Source: an uncultured Bacteroidaceae bacterium (GTDB lineage Bacteria > Bacillota > Clostridia > Christensenellales > CAG-917). Taken from it: DNA of 64,000 nucleotides. Both the position numbers and the translations under genes were made by a program. How positions within the stretch are numbered: position 1 is the first letter of the stretch; every line of letters begins with the position of its first letter. The notes below the pieces were generated by a model. That model ran no database searches. It worked only from the letters and a program-made list of their open reading frames with translations, and was not told the DNA's origin. Positions 18,232 to 27,677 of the stretch are shown here, piece after piece. The DNA lies in the NCBI GenBank assembly GCA_964599875.1, contig CAZRHE010000007.1, forward strand, positions 3,536 through 67,535, written 5' to 3'.

Positions 18232-19200
18232 TTAAACGAGTCTTCCGACGATATCGATCCAATCCGCATCGAGAAGTTTAGCAACAGGCACGTCGAGGGC
18301 GGTGCGCACGCCTTTCTCTCCGTCTTTAGACATTCTGTCGCACGCGCGAGCATAAGTCATAAGCACGCTTGCGGTGAAATCGGGATTGCTTTCAAGGCTC
18401 AAAGAAAATTCAAGACCTTGCTTTTTGCCGTTGACTTCTCCGCTTCTCAAAACGAATCCGCCGTGAGGCATAGCCTTATGGTCGCGGTCGAATTCCTCTT
18501 CGGATATAAAATGCACGACCGTGTCGTAATCCGCAAAGTAGTTAGGCATTTCCTTAATCGTCTTTTCGATGAGTGCGATATCCGCGTCCTCCTCTGCAAC
18601 GACGAAACATTCTCTCAAATGCTTGTCTCGAGTAGTAAGACTTGCGCCCTCTCCCGCTCTTGCCTTTTCGAGTGCGTCCGCTTTGGGCACCGTATATTGA
18701 ATACCGCGTTTAACGCCTGCGATTTTGCGAATTGCTTCGCTGTGTCCTTGGGATACGCCCTTTCCCCAGAATGTTTGCGTGTCGCCGATAGACAGTACGC
18801 TTTCAAACAAGCAACGCATAATCGAAAACATACCGGGGTCCCAACCGATTCCGATGAAAGAAAGATTGCCGTTTGCTTCGGTAATTTCTTTCATTCCGAG
18901 CGCATACTCTTTCATCTTTGCGTGAGTGTCGAAACTATCCACGGTGTTGAAGAGTTTCGCCGCTTTAAGACCAAGTGCGGTCAAGTCGTTTGCAGAGCCC
19001 GTACAAAGTGCGAGAACGTCGATTTTGCCAACGAACTTTTCAAGATCGTCTTGACGATAAAACGGCGTTCCGTAAGGAGACGACAAAGAGGACGGATCTC
19101 TTCTCGTGAAGATTCCGACGACTTCCATATCGTCGCGTTCGACTGCGATTCTTTCAGACGCTTTGCCAAGGTTTCCGTAACCTACGATTCCTAATTTCAT
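18232..19200 (-). CDS. ddh: meso-diaminopimelate D-dehydrogenase
   Basis: MKLGIVGYGNLGK.. N-terminus and overall length match Ddh. ATG 19200 with GAAGG RBS; the track start at 19230 is less likely. Confidence 0.8.
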   Translation of the reverse strand: MKLGIVGYGNLGKASERIAVERDDMEVVGIFTRRDPSSLSSPYGTPFYRQDDLEKFVGKIDVLALCTGSANDLTALGLKAAKLFNTVDSFDTHAKMKEYALGMKEITEANGNLSFIGIGWDPGMFSIMRCLFESVLSIGDTQTFWGKGVSQGHSEAIRKIAGVKRGIQYTVPKADALEKARAGEGASLTTRDKHLRECFVVAEEDADIALIEKTIKEMPNYFADYDTVVHFISEEEFDRDHKAMPHGGFVLRSGEVNGKKQGLEFSLSLESNPDFTASVLMTYARACDRMSKDGEKGVRTALDVPVAKLLDADWIDIVGRLV

Positions 19201-19361
19201 ATATACCTTCTTGCGCGCCCGTAGGCGCAAAATTTAATATCCATAAAATATTATATTTCATTCGCGGAATTTGGCAAGCATATAAACACCAAAAATCTTC
19301 CTAAATTCATACACTGCAAGGGATAAACTTTTTGAAAACGGCAATAATCGGTGGTATGGAA

Positions 19362-19709
19362 ATGATAAAACGCGGAGAAATCTATTATGCGGATTTAAGT
19401 CCCGTTGTCGGGAGCGAGCAAGGCGGAGTGCGCCCAGTTCTCGTCGTACAAAACGACGTGGGCAACAAGTATAGTCCGACGGTGATAGCCGCGGCAATCA
19501 CTTCGCAACTCGAAAAAGCAAAATTGCCGACTCATATATCAATCCCCGCAGAAAGATGCGGACTTCAAAAAAACAGCGTCGTATTGCTTGAACAAATCCG
19601 CACGATAGACAAAACGAGGTTAAAAGAAAAAGTCGGCGAATTGCCGACATCCATGATGACGAAAGTCAATGAAGCGTTGCTTGTATCCTTAGGATTTTTC
19701 GACACCTAA
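19362..19709 (+). CDS. mazF: MazF/EndoA-type endoribonuclease toxin
   Basis: [68 protein letters not shown] is nearly collinear with B. subtilis EndoA (NdoA) as I recall it. ATG 19362 lies after GGTGG; 19356 is an alternative start. Confidence 0.9.
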   Translation: MIKRGEIYYADLSPVVGSEQGGVRPVLVVQNDVGNKYSPTVIAAAITSQLEKAKLPTHISIPAERCGLQKNSVVLLEQIRTIDKTRLKEKVGELPTSMMTKVNEALLVSLGFFDT

Positions 19710-19880
19710 ACCGCGTTTCAAAACACGTTCTTATCCGATTTTCACATAAACACTTTCGCAAGTACGTTGCAAAAAATATGCCGTTCTTATATAAGCAATC
19801 CATTCAATTTATTTTCGCTGTTTTGTCGTTTTCGACGCTTTATATCATGTAAAATCACTGATAAACCGCCGTTTATGCAA

Positions 19881-20795
19881 TTACAGTGCTTTGTTGAGTG
19901 CACACAACTCCCCGATCGTATCCGCGATTTTTGTTACGACGTCGGTAGGCAAAGACGAGTACTCGTTGACTGAATTTAACTCTGCCGCACGACCGAGAAT
20001 ATAACTGCCCGCACGTCCTGCGTCAAGGGGTGAAAAGCCCTGTGCAAGCAAGCCGCAAATTATCCCCGACAAAACATCGCCGCTACCGCCTTTTGCTAGG
20101 GACGCGTTTCCCGTTTTGTTTTCATAGACGACTTCTCCGTCCGTAATATAAGTCACGTTGTCTTTCAGCACGACGACAGCACCGACTTTCTTTGCATATT
20201 CAAGTGCAAGCGTTGCGGGGTTTTCCTTGATTTTGTCAATTTCAATCCCTGTAAGTCTTGAAAACTCTCCTACGTGAGGCGTAAGGACTGCCCTGTTTTC
20301 AAAATAAATTCCGTCAATTTCTCTCAATCCGTCAGCATCAATGACGAAATTAACTTTTGTTTCGTCAAGTAGAAATCGAATGAAAGACAATGCGTCGCCG
20401 TCACCCATTCCCATACCTATCGCAACAGCACTTTTGAGTTTGACGAGTTTTGAAAATTTCGCCTTATCGAATTTCATTTCGCCGCTTTCGGACGGCATAG
20501 AGTAAACCGCCGAATATCTCAAAGTCGGATAGACGGCGTCGACCAAAAAATCGGGGACGATAAGTGCCGACGTGCCTGCCCCGACAAGCATACTGCTTTT
20601 CCCCATCGCAGTCAAAATTTCCGCGGACGCTTCATAAGAAAACGTTGGCGCTCCGACATAGTTTTTCGACCCGCCCACGATAAGAGCGTTGCCGTAGTCC
20701 GCCTTTGAAGTATCCGCCTTTCTCTTCCCGAAAAGTTTTGCGACGGATTCCGCATTATTTTGCATAATCGAGAGTTTATCAGTCGTCATTTGCAT
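19881..20795 (-). CDS. nnrD: ADP-dependent NAD(P)H-hydrate dehydratase (YjeF C-terminal family)
   Basis: ALIVGGSKNYVGAP.. and GGSGDVLSGII motifs. The start is uncertain: ATG at 20795, 20789 or 20765, none with a clear RBS. Confidence 0.75.
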   Translation of the reverse strand: MQMTTDKLSIMQNNAESVAKLFGKRKADTSKADYGNALIVGGSKNYVGAPTFSYEASAEILTAMGKSSMLVGAGTSALIVPDFLVDAVYPTLRYSAVYSMPSESGEMKFDKAKFSKLVKLKSAVAIGMGMGDGDALSFIRFLLDETKVNFVIDADGLREIDGIYFENRAVLTPHVGEFSRLTGIEIDKIKENPATLALEYAKKVGAVVVLKDNVTYITDGEVVYENKTGNASLAKGGSGDVLSGIICGLLAQGFSPLDAGRAGSYILGRAAELNSVNEYSSLPTDVVTKIADTIGELCALNKAL

Positions 20796-21276
20796 CGTAA
20801 AGTGTCGATAGCGTTCTATTGATGATATTCCAATCAAATCCTTTCGTAAAGAGATACGCCCCGACTTTTTTAATATCTTTTCTTTCGGTTATATGCTTTT
20901 TGCTAACGTAAGCGGCGGCAAGTTTTTTGCATTTTTCCACTTCGTCCTCATCCGAAATCAAGTCTTCGACAAGGTTTGAAACCAGCATAGAATCAACACC
21001 CTTTTCGGCGGTCAGTTTGTATATAATCATACGCTTGCCGGTCTTTGAGGAATAGTAATCTACGTAAGAGCGCACGTAACTTTCGTCGTCAATATAGCGA
21101 TAACGTTTGCACTTCTCAATCGCATATTCGACTTCGCTACGGTGAAAGCCTTTGCCGTACAGTTTTTCAACGACTTCTTTTTCGCTACGCGGAGAAATCG
21201 CAAGATATTTCACTGCGGTATCGAATGCTTTCTTTTCTCTTTCTTCGGGAGTCAAGTCCTCTAATTTCTTCGCCAT
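20779..21276 (-). CDS. recX: recombination regulator RecX
   Basis: 165 aa with a three-repeat helical pattern (AVKYLAISPRSEKEVVEKLYGKGF..VEYAIEKCKRYRYIDDESYVRSYV). Confidence 0.75.
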   Translation of the reverse strand: MAKKLEDLTPEEREKKAFDTAVKYLAISPRSEKEVVEKLYGKGFHRSEVEYAIEKCKRYRYIDDESYVRSYVDYYSSKTGKRMIIYKLTAEKGVDSMLVSNLVEDLISDEDEVEKCKKLAAAYVSKKHITERKDIKKVGAYLFTKGFDWNIINRTLSTLYDANDD

Positions 21277-21333
21277 AAGAATTAAGTTGGTTTTGATAAG
21301 GATTTAGGTTGCTTATAACTTTGGTTGCATATA

Positions 21334-21362
21334 TTAAATGCGCGCGCCGTTTGCGCGCGCCC
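21334..21362 (-). terminator. GC-rich hairpin after ilvE (probable terminator)
   Basis: Minus strand reads GGGCGCGCGC-AAAC-GGCGCGCGC followed by ATTTAATAT, a weak U-tract. Confidence 0.5.
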
Positions 21363-21369
21363 ACTTATG

Positions 21370-22431
21370 CTATTTAACTTCGTACACCCAACCGAACATA
21401 TCTTCTATTCTTTCGGTCTGTATGCCGGTGATTTCGCCGTATAGCCATTCGGTGATTTCGCCCATTTTGCCGCCGTTTATGGTCATCTCGACATCCTCGT
21501 AAGAAATGGTGCCAACGGGTGAAATGACTGCTGCAGTGCCCGTGCCGAACGCCTCGTCCAACTTTCCGTTTTTGTACGCCTCGACGACTTCGGCAATAGA
21601 AACCTTTCTTTCTTCGACTTTGTAGCCGTGTTTTTTGAGGACTTGTATCGCGCTGTTTCGAGTAATTCCGCGAAGGATACTGCCGTCAAGCATAGGAGTA
21701 ACGACAGTGCCGTCAATGACGAAAAACATATTCATCGCGCCGACTTCGGTGACGTATTTCTTTTCTTCGCCGTCGAGCCAAAGAACTTGGTCGAAACCTT
21801 TCTTCTTCGCCTCTTCGCCCGCAAGCAAGGAGCATGCATAGTTACCCATACATTTCGCCTCCCCCGTACCGCCGAGAGACGCGCGAGTGTAATGGTCTTC
21901 GACAATGAGTTTGGTGGGTTCGAGTCCGTGCGCGTAATAACTGCCGACGGGGCTCAAAATAATGGTAAAAACGTATCTCTTGCTCGGATGAACGCCGAGG
22001 AAAGGTTCGCTACCAAACATGAAAGGACGAACGTACAAGGACGTGCCGGGTGCGATCGGAATCCATTCCTGCTCGATTTTGACAAGTTCGGAGAGTCCCT
22101 TCAAAGCCTCGTCGACGTCGAAGGTCGCCATGCAAAGGCGTTCGGCGGATTTGTTCATACGAATGAAGTTATCTCTCGGGCGGAACATGGTAACGCCGCC
22201 CTCGGAGTTTTTGTACGCTTTCAAACCCTCGAAAATGCCTTGTCCGTAATGGAGAGAACAGCAAGCGGGGTCGAGCGTGAAATCGGAATAAGGGATAATA
22301 CGTTGTTCCTGCCAACCGCCCTTTTCTGCGTCGTACTCCCAAACGAGCATATGATCGGTGAAATACTTGCCGAACCCGAGGTTGTTGAAATCGGGTTTTT
22401 GTTTCCTTTCTTTGACCAACGTGATTTTCAT
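21370..22431 (-). CDS. ilvE: branched-chain amino acid aminotransferase
   Basis: 353 aa, class IV aminotransferase; the N-terminus ..PDFNNLGFGKYFTDHM is typical. AGGAG RBS. Confidence 0.9.
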   Translation of the reverse strand: MKITLVKERKQKPDFNNLGFGKYFTDHMLVWEYDAEKGGWQEQRIIPYSDFTLDPACCSLHYGQGIFEGLKAYKNSEGGVTMFRPRDNFIRMNKSAERLCMATFDVDEALKGLSELVKIEQEWIPIAPGTSLYVRPFMFGSEPFLGVHPSKRYVFTIILSPVGSYYAHGLEPTKLIVEDHYTRASLGGTGEAKCMGNYACSLLAGEEAKKKGFDQVLWLDGEEKKYVTEVGAMNMFFVIDGTVVTPMLDGSILRGITRNSAIQVLKKHGYKVEERKVSIAEVVEAYKNGKLDEAFGTGTAAVISPVGTISYEDVEMTINGGKMGEITEWLYGEITGIQTERIEDMFGWVYEVK

Positions 22432-22451
22432 ATGATACTCCTAATATACGA

Positions 22452-23087
22452 TTATCTGCGCGGAGTGAATTTTCTGAAATCCGAATCTCCTACAATCGGC
22501 ACGACGTTTCCGGAAGTCAGCGACAAGATATCTTCGCAAACTTTACCCGCAAGGGATTCTTCAACCCACAAAGCCACGGACACGTCTTCGCCGTACTCAA
22601 CGTCTTCGAGTGTAATGCCGTTTCGCCTTGCAAACCCCTCGATTTGCGCAAAATCAACGTATCGTGTTCTTATATTTATTCGTACACATTTTGTGTACTC
22701 CGCCGCGACCGCCGAATCGAGTGCGTCAGAGGCGGTGCCGGCATATGCGGACACCAATCCGCCCGCACCGAGTTTGATTCCGCCGAAATATCTCGTGACG
22801 ACTATTGCACTTCTGACTATTCCGCGCCTACGCAAAACTTCAAGGATAGGTTGTCCCGCAGTGCCGCCTGGCTCGCCGTCGTCGCTGAAACGAGTGGCTT
22901 GTCCGTATATATCGCTAATATACGCATAGCAGTTATGCGTTGCGTCGGGATATTTTTTCTTTATGCGTTTGACGAAGGATTCCGCACTTTCAGAGTCCAC
23001 GGGCCCGAAAACCGTCGCGATAAATTTTGATTTCTTTATCTCGACTATGGTTTCGTATTCTCCGTCAATCGCACGATACGTGTTCAC
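22452..23087 (-). CDS. yigZ: YigZ/IMPACT-family protein
   Basis: 211 aa with [10 protein letters not shown] and THNCYAY motifs. The GTG start overlaps the tyrS stop (GTGA). Confidence 0.8.
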   Translation of the reverse strand: MNTYRAIDGEYETIVEIKKSKFIATVFGPVDSESAESFVKRIKKKYPDATHNCYAYISDIYGQATRFSDDGEPGGTAGQPILEVLRRRGIVRSAIVVTRYFGGIKLGAGGLVSAYAGTASDALDSAVAAEYTKCVRINIRTRYVDFAQIEGFARRNGITLEDVEYGEDVSVALWVEESLAGKVCEDILSLTSGNVVPIVGDSDFRKFTPRR

Positions 23088-24298
23088 AGGACGGTGACCT
23101 TGAAGAAGTTTTTCTTGCCTTTTTGAAGGACGAAACCGTCTGCAAGTTGTTTTTCGGTGACTGCTGCCATAATGTCCGTCACCTTTTCACCGTCAACGGA
23201 AATGCCTCCGCCTTGGATAAGACGTTTTGCTTCGCCTTTGGACGGAACTTTTGCAACGGTCACGAGAATATCGGCAACCGAAGTCATTCCCGCAGGAATT
23301 GTTGCAGTAGGCATATTTTCGGTATCACCCGAGAATGCCGCTCTTGCTTTTGCAAGACAGTCTTCTGCGGTTTCTTTGCCGTGTACGAGGGACGTAAGTT
23401 CGTATGCGAGGCGTTCTTTTGCCTTATTCATGCGTTCGTCGTTATATTGAGTTAGTTCCTTAATTTCGTCAAGAGGCAAGAAAGTCAGGAAACGGAATAC
23501 CTTTTCGACGTCCGCATCCGCGATATTGCGCCAGTATTGGAAGAAGTCGTAAGGAGCGGTCTTTTCGGGATCGAGCCAAACTGCGCCTTTTGCGGTCTTG
23601 CCCATCTTGATGCCCTCGGATGTCGTAAGAAGACCGAAAGTGATTGCAAACGCGTCCTTTTGTTCCTTTCTGCGGATAAGGTCGGCGCCCGAAAGCATAT
23701 TCGACCATTGGTCGTCGCCGCCGCATTGCAACACGCAACCGTACTTGCGGTTGAGCACCAAAAAGTCGTAGGATTGCATGAGCATGTAGTTAAATTCAAG
23801 GAAGGTAAGTCCCTTTTCAAGACGTTGCTTGTAGCACTCCGCCGTCAGCATGCGGTTAACGGAGAAATTCGCACCGACTTCGCGCAGAAAGTCGATATAG
23901 TTGAGATCGAGGAGCCAGTCCGCATTGTTCACGAGGATTGCGGCGTTTTCACCGTCGAAACGGACGAACTTCGCCATTTGCTTTTTGAAACAATCCACGT
24001 TGTGTTGAATAGTTTCCTTGGTCATCATGCTACGCATATCCGTGCGCCCCGAAGGATCGCCTACCATAGCAGTACCGCCACCGATAAGAATTATGGGACG
24101 ATGACCTGCGTCTTGCAAACGCTTTGCGACTATCATCTGCATAAAGTGCCCGACGTGAAGGCTGTCCGCCGTCGGATCGAAACCTATATAAAAAGACTGC
24201 GAACCGCTGTCAAGAAGTTTTTTAAGGTCGTCTTCAAACACTACTTGTTTGACAAGACCTCTTTCTTGCAGTTCGTCAAGAATACCTTTCTTTACCAT
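23084..24298 (-). CDS. tyrS: tyrosine--tRNA ligase
   Basis: 404 aa with HIGH-type (SLHVGH) and KMSKS-type (KMGKT) motifs and a C-terminal S4 domain. AGGAG RBS. Confidence 0.95.
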   Translation of the reverse strand: MVKKGILDELQERGLVKQVVFEDDLKKLLDSGSQSFYIGFDPTADSLHVGHFMQMIVAKRLQDAGHRPIILIGGGTAMVGDPSGRTDMRSMMTKETIQHNVDCFKKQMAKFVRFDGENAAILVNNADWLLDLNYIDFLREVGANFSVNRMLTAECYKQRLEKGLTFLEFNYMLMQSYDFLVLNRKYGCVLQCGGDDQWSNMLSGADLIRRKEQKDAFAITFGLLTTSEGIKMGKTAKGAVWLDPEKTAPYDFFQYWRNIADADVEKVFRFLTFLPLDEIKELTQYNDERMNKAKERLAYELTSLVHGKETAEDCLAKARAAFSGDTENMPTATIPAGMTSVADILVTVAKVPSKGEAKRLIQGGGISVDGEKVTDIMAAVTEKQLADGFVLQKGKKNFFKVTVL

Positions 24299-24328
24299 AT
24301 ATATACTCCTAAATATTGTGCTGCTATA

Positions 24329-24357
24329 ATTTTAACACCACCAGCCGTATTTGACAA
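24329..24357 (-). promoter_or_regulatory. sigma-A type promoter for tyrS
   Basis: Minus strand reads TTGTCA, 17 nt, TAAAAT, with TGT immediately upstream of the -10 (extended -10). It lies about 30 nt upstream of the tyrS ATG. Confidence 0.6.
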
Positions 24358-24428
24358 CTTGTTTTTACACCGTCACTTCACCGCTTTATCGTGATTCAAA
24401 TTCCACCGCTCATCCCACCGTTTTCCCC

Positions 24429-24456
24429 AAAAAGAAAAGGCCTCCGCAGAGGTCCG
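24429..24456 (-). terminator. rho-independent terminator after the Hsp70-like gene
   Basis: Minus strand reads GGACCTC-TGCG-GAGGCC followed by TTTTCTTTTT. The stem is short with one bulge. Confidence 0.6.
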
Positions 24457-24468
24457 TTTTCTCATCAT

Positions 24469-25989
24469 TTATACTTGCTTTTTTGTATATCCTATTTGTT
24501 TTCCATCAACGTCTTTTAATTTTAGTTCCAATATACCGTCTTGACTTAATTTAAACTTGGCTTCAATACGATATGATTTTGATTTTTTCTTCTCGTAATA
24601 TTTGCTAGGAACGTCAACAACAACTTTCATCCCATTTTTTTCGCCGTTTTCCAATTTCGACCAATGATCTAATGAATCAGACTCGTATACAGTAAAACCA
24701 ACATTCTTCTGATCATTCTTAAGCGGATAGTAACTTACATAATCAGTTTCAATTACGCCGGCACTAAATAACGTTCCTTTATATAATATATTGTTTATCA
24801 TGTCTTTGTCTTGATGCCTATTATAGCAATCAACACCATATGTATGCGATGCCGTATTAACAAATTCTCCCGTTGCTATTTTGTTGTCAAGAACCATTTT
24901 CGCATAGATTGCCGCGCCTCTTGCGATTGCTCTTGAAGGATCCCCTATCAGTATATTGTCTCCTCCTATATGTCCGCCAAATTCCGTAATCATTCTGTTT
25001 TTTATTTGAGGCATATTACTTCCACCGCCAGTAAGAACAATCTTATCAATCCTGCCGTCATATGAAGACAGTGTCCTACGAACAACACTTATAGCACTAT
25101 CTAGCAAGGAATTTGAAACACTTTCAAATTCTTCCCTAGAAACTTTGCAACCGACGAAATCACCGTCCCACTGCATCATGAAATCTTCACTTTCGTTTGT
25201 GCTTAAACTAATCTTTAAATCGGTAATTTTATTATTAAAAGTTATCTCTTCTACACCAATAGGATTTGATCTATCTATTTTTCTTAACACTAGGCTCTTC
25301 AATGCATTATCCCAGTCATTACCACCCAAGTTAGAGTCTCCCTCTTTTGCGCATACTCTAAATGACTGATTTTCAGAATCGTATTTCACGATAGAAACGT
25401 CTAACGTTCCACCGCCCAAATCAAAAACCAATACGGTTTGATTGCGAGACATATCGCCTCTCGCCTGTAAATAGGATATTGCACCAGCAACCGGTTCCTC
25501 CAAAACGTACACTTTATCGTCACTCAAGCCAGTAATTTCTTTAACAGTTCTTTTTAACAGAGCATTGTATTCCGTAGCAAGCATCTGCCCATTAGCAATG
25601 CCAACAGGAGCCGTTATTGCCACAGCCTCCACCACAGTTTGATTGATTATATCAAAATCTTGTTGTACGCCCGCAATCGTTTTTCTAATTATGCTATCCA
25701 AAAATCCTTTTAATATGTGACTTGCAGAAAAGGACTTATCGCCGATTGATATAGTTTCCCGATTTATTTGCGTTGGATTCTCGCGTATTATTTTTTTAAT
25801 ATACTTGATTACCTCTCTCTCATTTCTACAATCAAAGCCATATTTTGGCTGACCACTTGAATATCCAAATACAGTTGGCACTCCGCTATCACATCCAGGT
25901 ATATGATTACATTTCACCAAATTATCGTCTTCATTGTTTTTTACTGCTATCAATGAAAAACAAGTCCCAAAATCAATTCCCAATATCAT
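24469..25989 (-). CDS. atypical Hsp70-family ATPase (nucleotide-binding domain plus beta-sandwich substrate-binding domain, no helical lid)
   Basis: MILGIDFGTCFS (phosphate-1), VLVFDLGGGTLDVSIV (phosphate-2), LEEPVAGAISY and IVLTGGGSNMPQI (adenosine motif). The C-terminus YRIEAKFKLSQDGILELKLKDVDGKQ resembles the end of the DnaK SBD-beta (IEVTFDIDANGIL..). ATG 25989 is preceded by AAGGAAGG; the track start at 26022 is upstream and less likely. Confidence 0.85.
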   Translation of the reverse strand: MILGIDFGTCFSLIAVKNNEDDNLVKCNHIPGCDSGVPTVFGYSSGQPKYGFDCRNEREVIKYIKKIIRENPTQINRETISIGDKSFSASHILKGFLDSIIRKTIAGVQQDFDIINQTVVEAVAITAPVGIANGQMLATEYNALLKRTVKEITGLSDDKVYVLEEPVAGAISYLQARGDMSRNQTVLVFDLGGGTLDVSIVKYDSENQSFRVCAKEGDSNLGGNDWDNALKSLVLRKIDRSNPIGVEEITFNNKITDLKISLSTNESEDFMMQWDGDFVGCKVSREEFESVSNSLLDSAISVVRRTLSSYDGRIDKIVLTGGGSNMPQIKNRMITEFGGHIGGDNILIGDPSRAIARGAAIYAKMVLDNKIATGEFVNTASHTYGVDCYNRHQDKDMINNILYKGTLFSAGVIETDYVSYYPLKNDQKNVGFTVYESDSLDHWSKLENGEKNGMKVVVDVPSKYYEKKKSKSYRIEAKFKLSQDGILELKLKDVDGKQIGYTKKQV

Positions 25990-26008
25990 TTGTTTTACCT
26001 TCCTTTTT

Positions 26009-27040
26009 TTAATTAAGTTCATTCATAAATAATATAGTGCGAAACTTATTATTCTCAAAACGCTCGATTGTGAGCAAATATCTATTATTTTTATAGTATA
26101 TTCCCCAAGATACATATCCGTCAAACAATATAGGCTGACTTTTTATTTTGCCAAATGTTATTGTATATTTTTTAGGATAACAATTAGGTATATCAATTTT
26201 ATATGGAGTGTCTATTTTGATAGCCTTTCCTGGATTCGACAAAGGCACAAAGGCTTCGTCCTTTTCATTGCGAAGTTCAAGTTTGCTATTAAGACATATC
26301 GTCCCATCATCCAAAACGGAAATATCGCTATTTCTTTCAGAGTATTGTTTAGGCATAAAATTGGGCCTAACATTATTATCGTTTCTATTTTTCACATAAG
26401 GGACTTCATTATCTCTTACTTGACTATTAATTTGTCTAACTTCACTATATCGATATACCTGTACTTCTTCTTCAATAGTTTCATCATCGAACGTACATCC
26501 CATACAATCAACGTGAGCCACCGCATTATCAAGCGATTTATCGTTGATGTCAATCCAATTTGCGACTTTTATGAGCTCTTTATCATTATCACTAATAATT
26601 TTCCCAGAACCGTGCCAGTTTAACTGAACTCCTATTTTTTCTAACCTTTCAAATATTTCTTTCATACCATTCCTAACCAGATCATGTAAGGCTTGAAAAT
26701 CTTTACATTCTATAACTGCGTTCATTATGTCAGACAGTGGCGATAAAATGCTTTTCATTACATCATGCACTTGTATTCTACTTTGACTCTTTTTCCAAAA
26801 ATCTTCCAATCTATTTGTTCTTTCCAAAAACCGAATCAATTCTTGTCTAAAATCGCCATATGCCGCGTCAACTTTTTCTAATGACGGGAAATACTTGCCG
26901 ACGTTCGTATTAGGAACCTCTTCTAAAACAACTGAATCACAAAATTCGTTTGTTTCTTTTTTCAAATCACTATACTCATCCATTTTTTTACTCCTTTTCT
27001 TAATCCTTACTTTTTTGCTTATGCTTTTCTTTCTACACAT
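26009..27040 (-). CDS. hypothetical protein; the N-terminal half looks GrpE-like by eye, the C-terminal ~130 aa is beta-rich and unknown
   Basis: AT-rich ORF. ATG 27040 is preceded by GAGGAGG; an alternative ATG at 26983 is preceded by AAAGGAG; the track start at 27061 is TTG. The segment ILSPLSDIMNAVIE..NGMKEIFERLEKIGVQLNWHGSGKIISDNDKELIKV parallels E. coli Grp[53 protein letters not shown]. Confidence 0.7.
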   Translation of the reverse strand: MCRKKSISKKVRIKKRSKKMDEYSDLKKETNEFCDSVVLEEVPNTNVGKYFPSLEKVDAAYGDFRQELIRFLERTNRLEDFWKKSQSRIQVHDVMKSILSPLSDIMNAVIECKDFQALHDLVRNGMKEIFERLEKIGVQLNWHGSGKIISDNDKELIKVANWIDINDKSLDNAVAHVDCMGCTFDDETIEEEVQVYRYSEVRQINSQVRDNEVPYVKNRNDNNVRPNFMPKQYSERNSDISVLDDGTICLNSKLELRNEKDEAFVPLSNPGKAIKIDTPYKIDIPNCYPKKYTITFGKIKSQPILFDGYVSWGIYYKNNRYLLTIERFENNKFRTILFMNELN

Positions 27041-27053
27041 CTTTTGTGCCTCC

Positions 27054-27632
27054 TCAATCAAGTAAATATTGTTTCAATTCTCTCATATAATTTAAGATAT
27101 CACACGTGATTCTATCTTTCACGGCATTGCTTATATTGTTTCGCGCGTTTTCAATTTCATCAAGTTGCGAATCTAGCTCTTGTTTTTTTTGAATTATTGC
27201 ATATTTAAGAGCTTCATACAAGTTTATTATCTCATCAACTTCTGCTTGTTTATAACCTCGATTGAAGACATTTGAAAGATTATCAACAAAACGTCTAACT
27301 CTGCGAGGCAATTTGCTTGATTCAAATTTATTTATTGTATTCTCTAATTTGTCGCATATCATCTCGGGATCATCATCAACAAACTTAATTGTCTTATTGC
27401 TTATATCGCGGCGCTTTTTATTGAACAAATCTCGTTTAATATCTTCAATCATTAGCGTTGCTTTGTTTTGCAATTTGTCATACTCTTTTGCTTTATAATC
27501 ATCCAGCAGCTTACTTCTTTCACTATCAATTCTATTTTCTTCACTACGAAAATAAAACTCGGCACATTCCACCAAATTCTTTTCCTTTTCCGAAATATAT
27601 GTTAAAATTGTTTCTAAATTATACTCAGCCAT
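27054..27632 (-). CDS. hypothetical helix-rich (coiled-coil-like) protein
   Basis: AT-rich ORF with K/E/D/N-rich heptad-like sequence. ATG 27632 (MAEYNLE..) is preceded by GGTGA; the track start at 27677 is TTG and abuts the upstream stop. No family recognised. Confidence 0.6.
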   Translation of the reverse strand: MAEYNLETILTYISEKEKNLVECAEFYFRSEENRIDSERSKLLDDYKAKEYDKLQNKATLMIEDIKRDLFNKKRRDISNKTIKFVDDDPEMICDKLENTINKFESSKLPRRVRRFVDNLSNVFNRGYKQAEVDEIINLYEALKYAIIQKKQELDSQLDEIENARNNISNAVKDRITCDILNYMRELKQYLLD

Positions 27633-27677
27633 AATTTCACCGTCTACGTTCACTAAACCGACAAAAGAATTAAGCAA

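Noticed and set aside
19258-19497. 79-aa minus-strand ORF next to or overlapping mazF, considered as a possible antitoxin.
   Set aside because: It lies antisense to the mazF 5' region. It is Arg/Leu/Ser-rich, has no RBS and shows no RHH/AbrB/MazE-like sequence.
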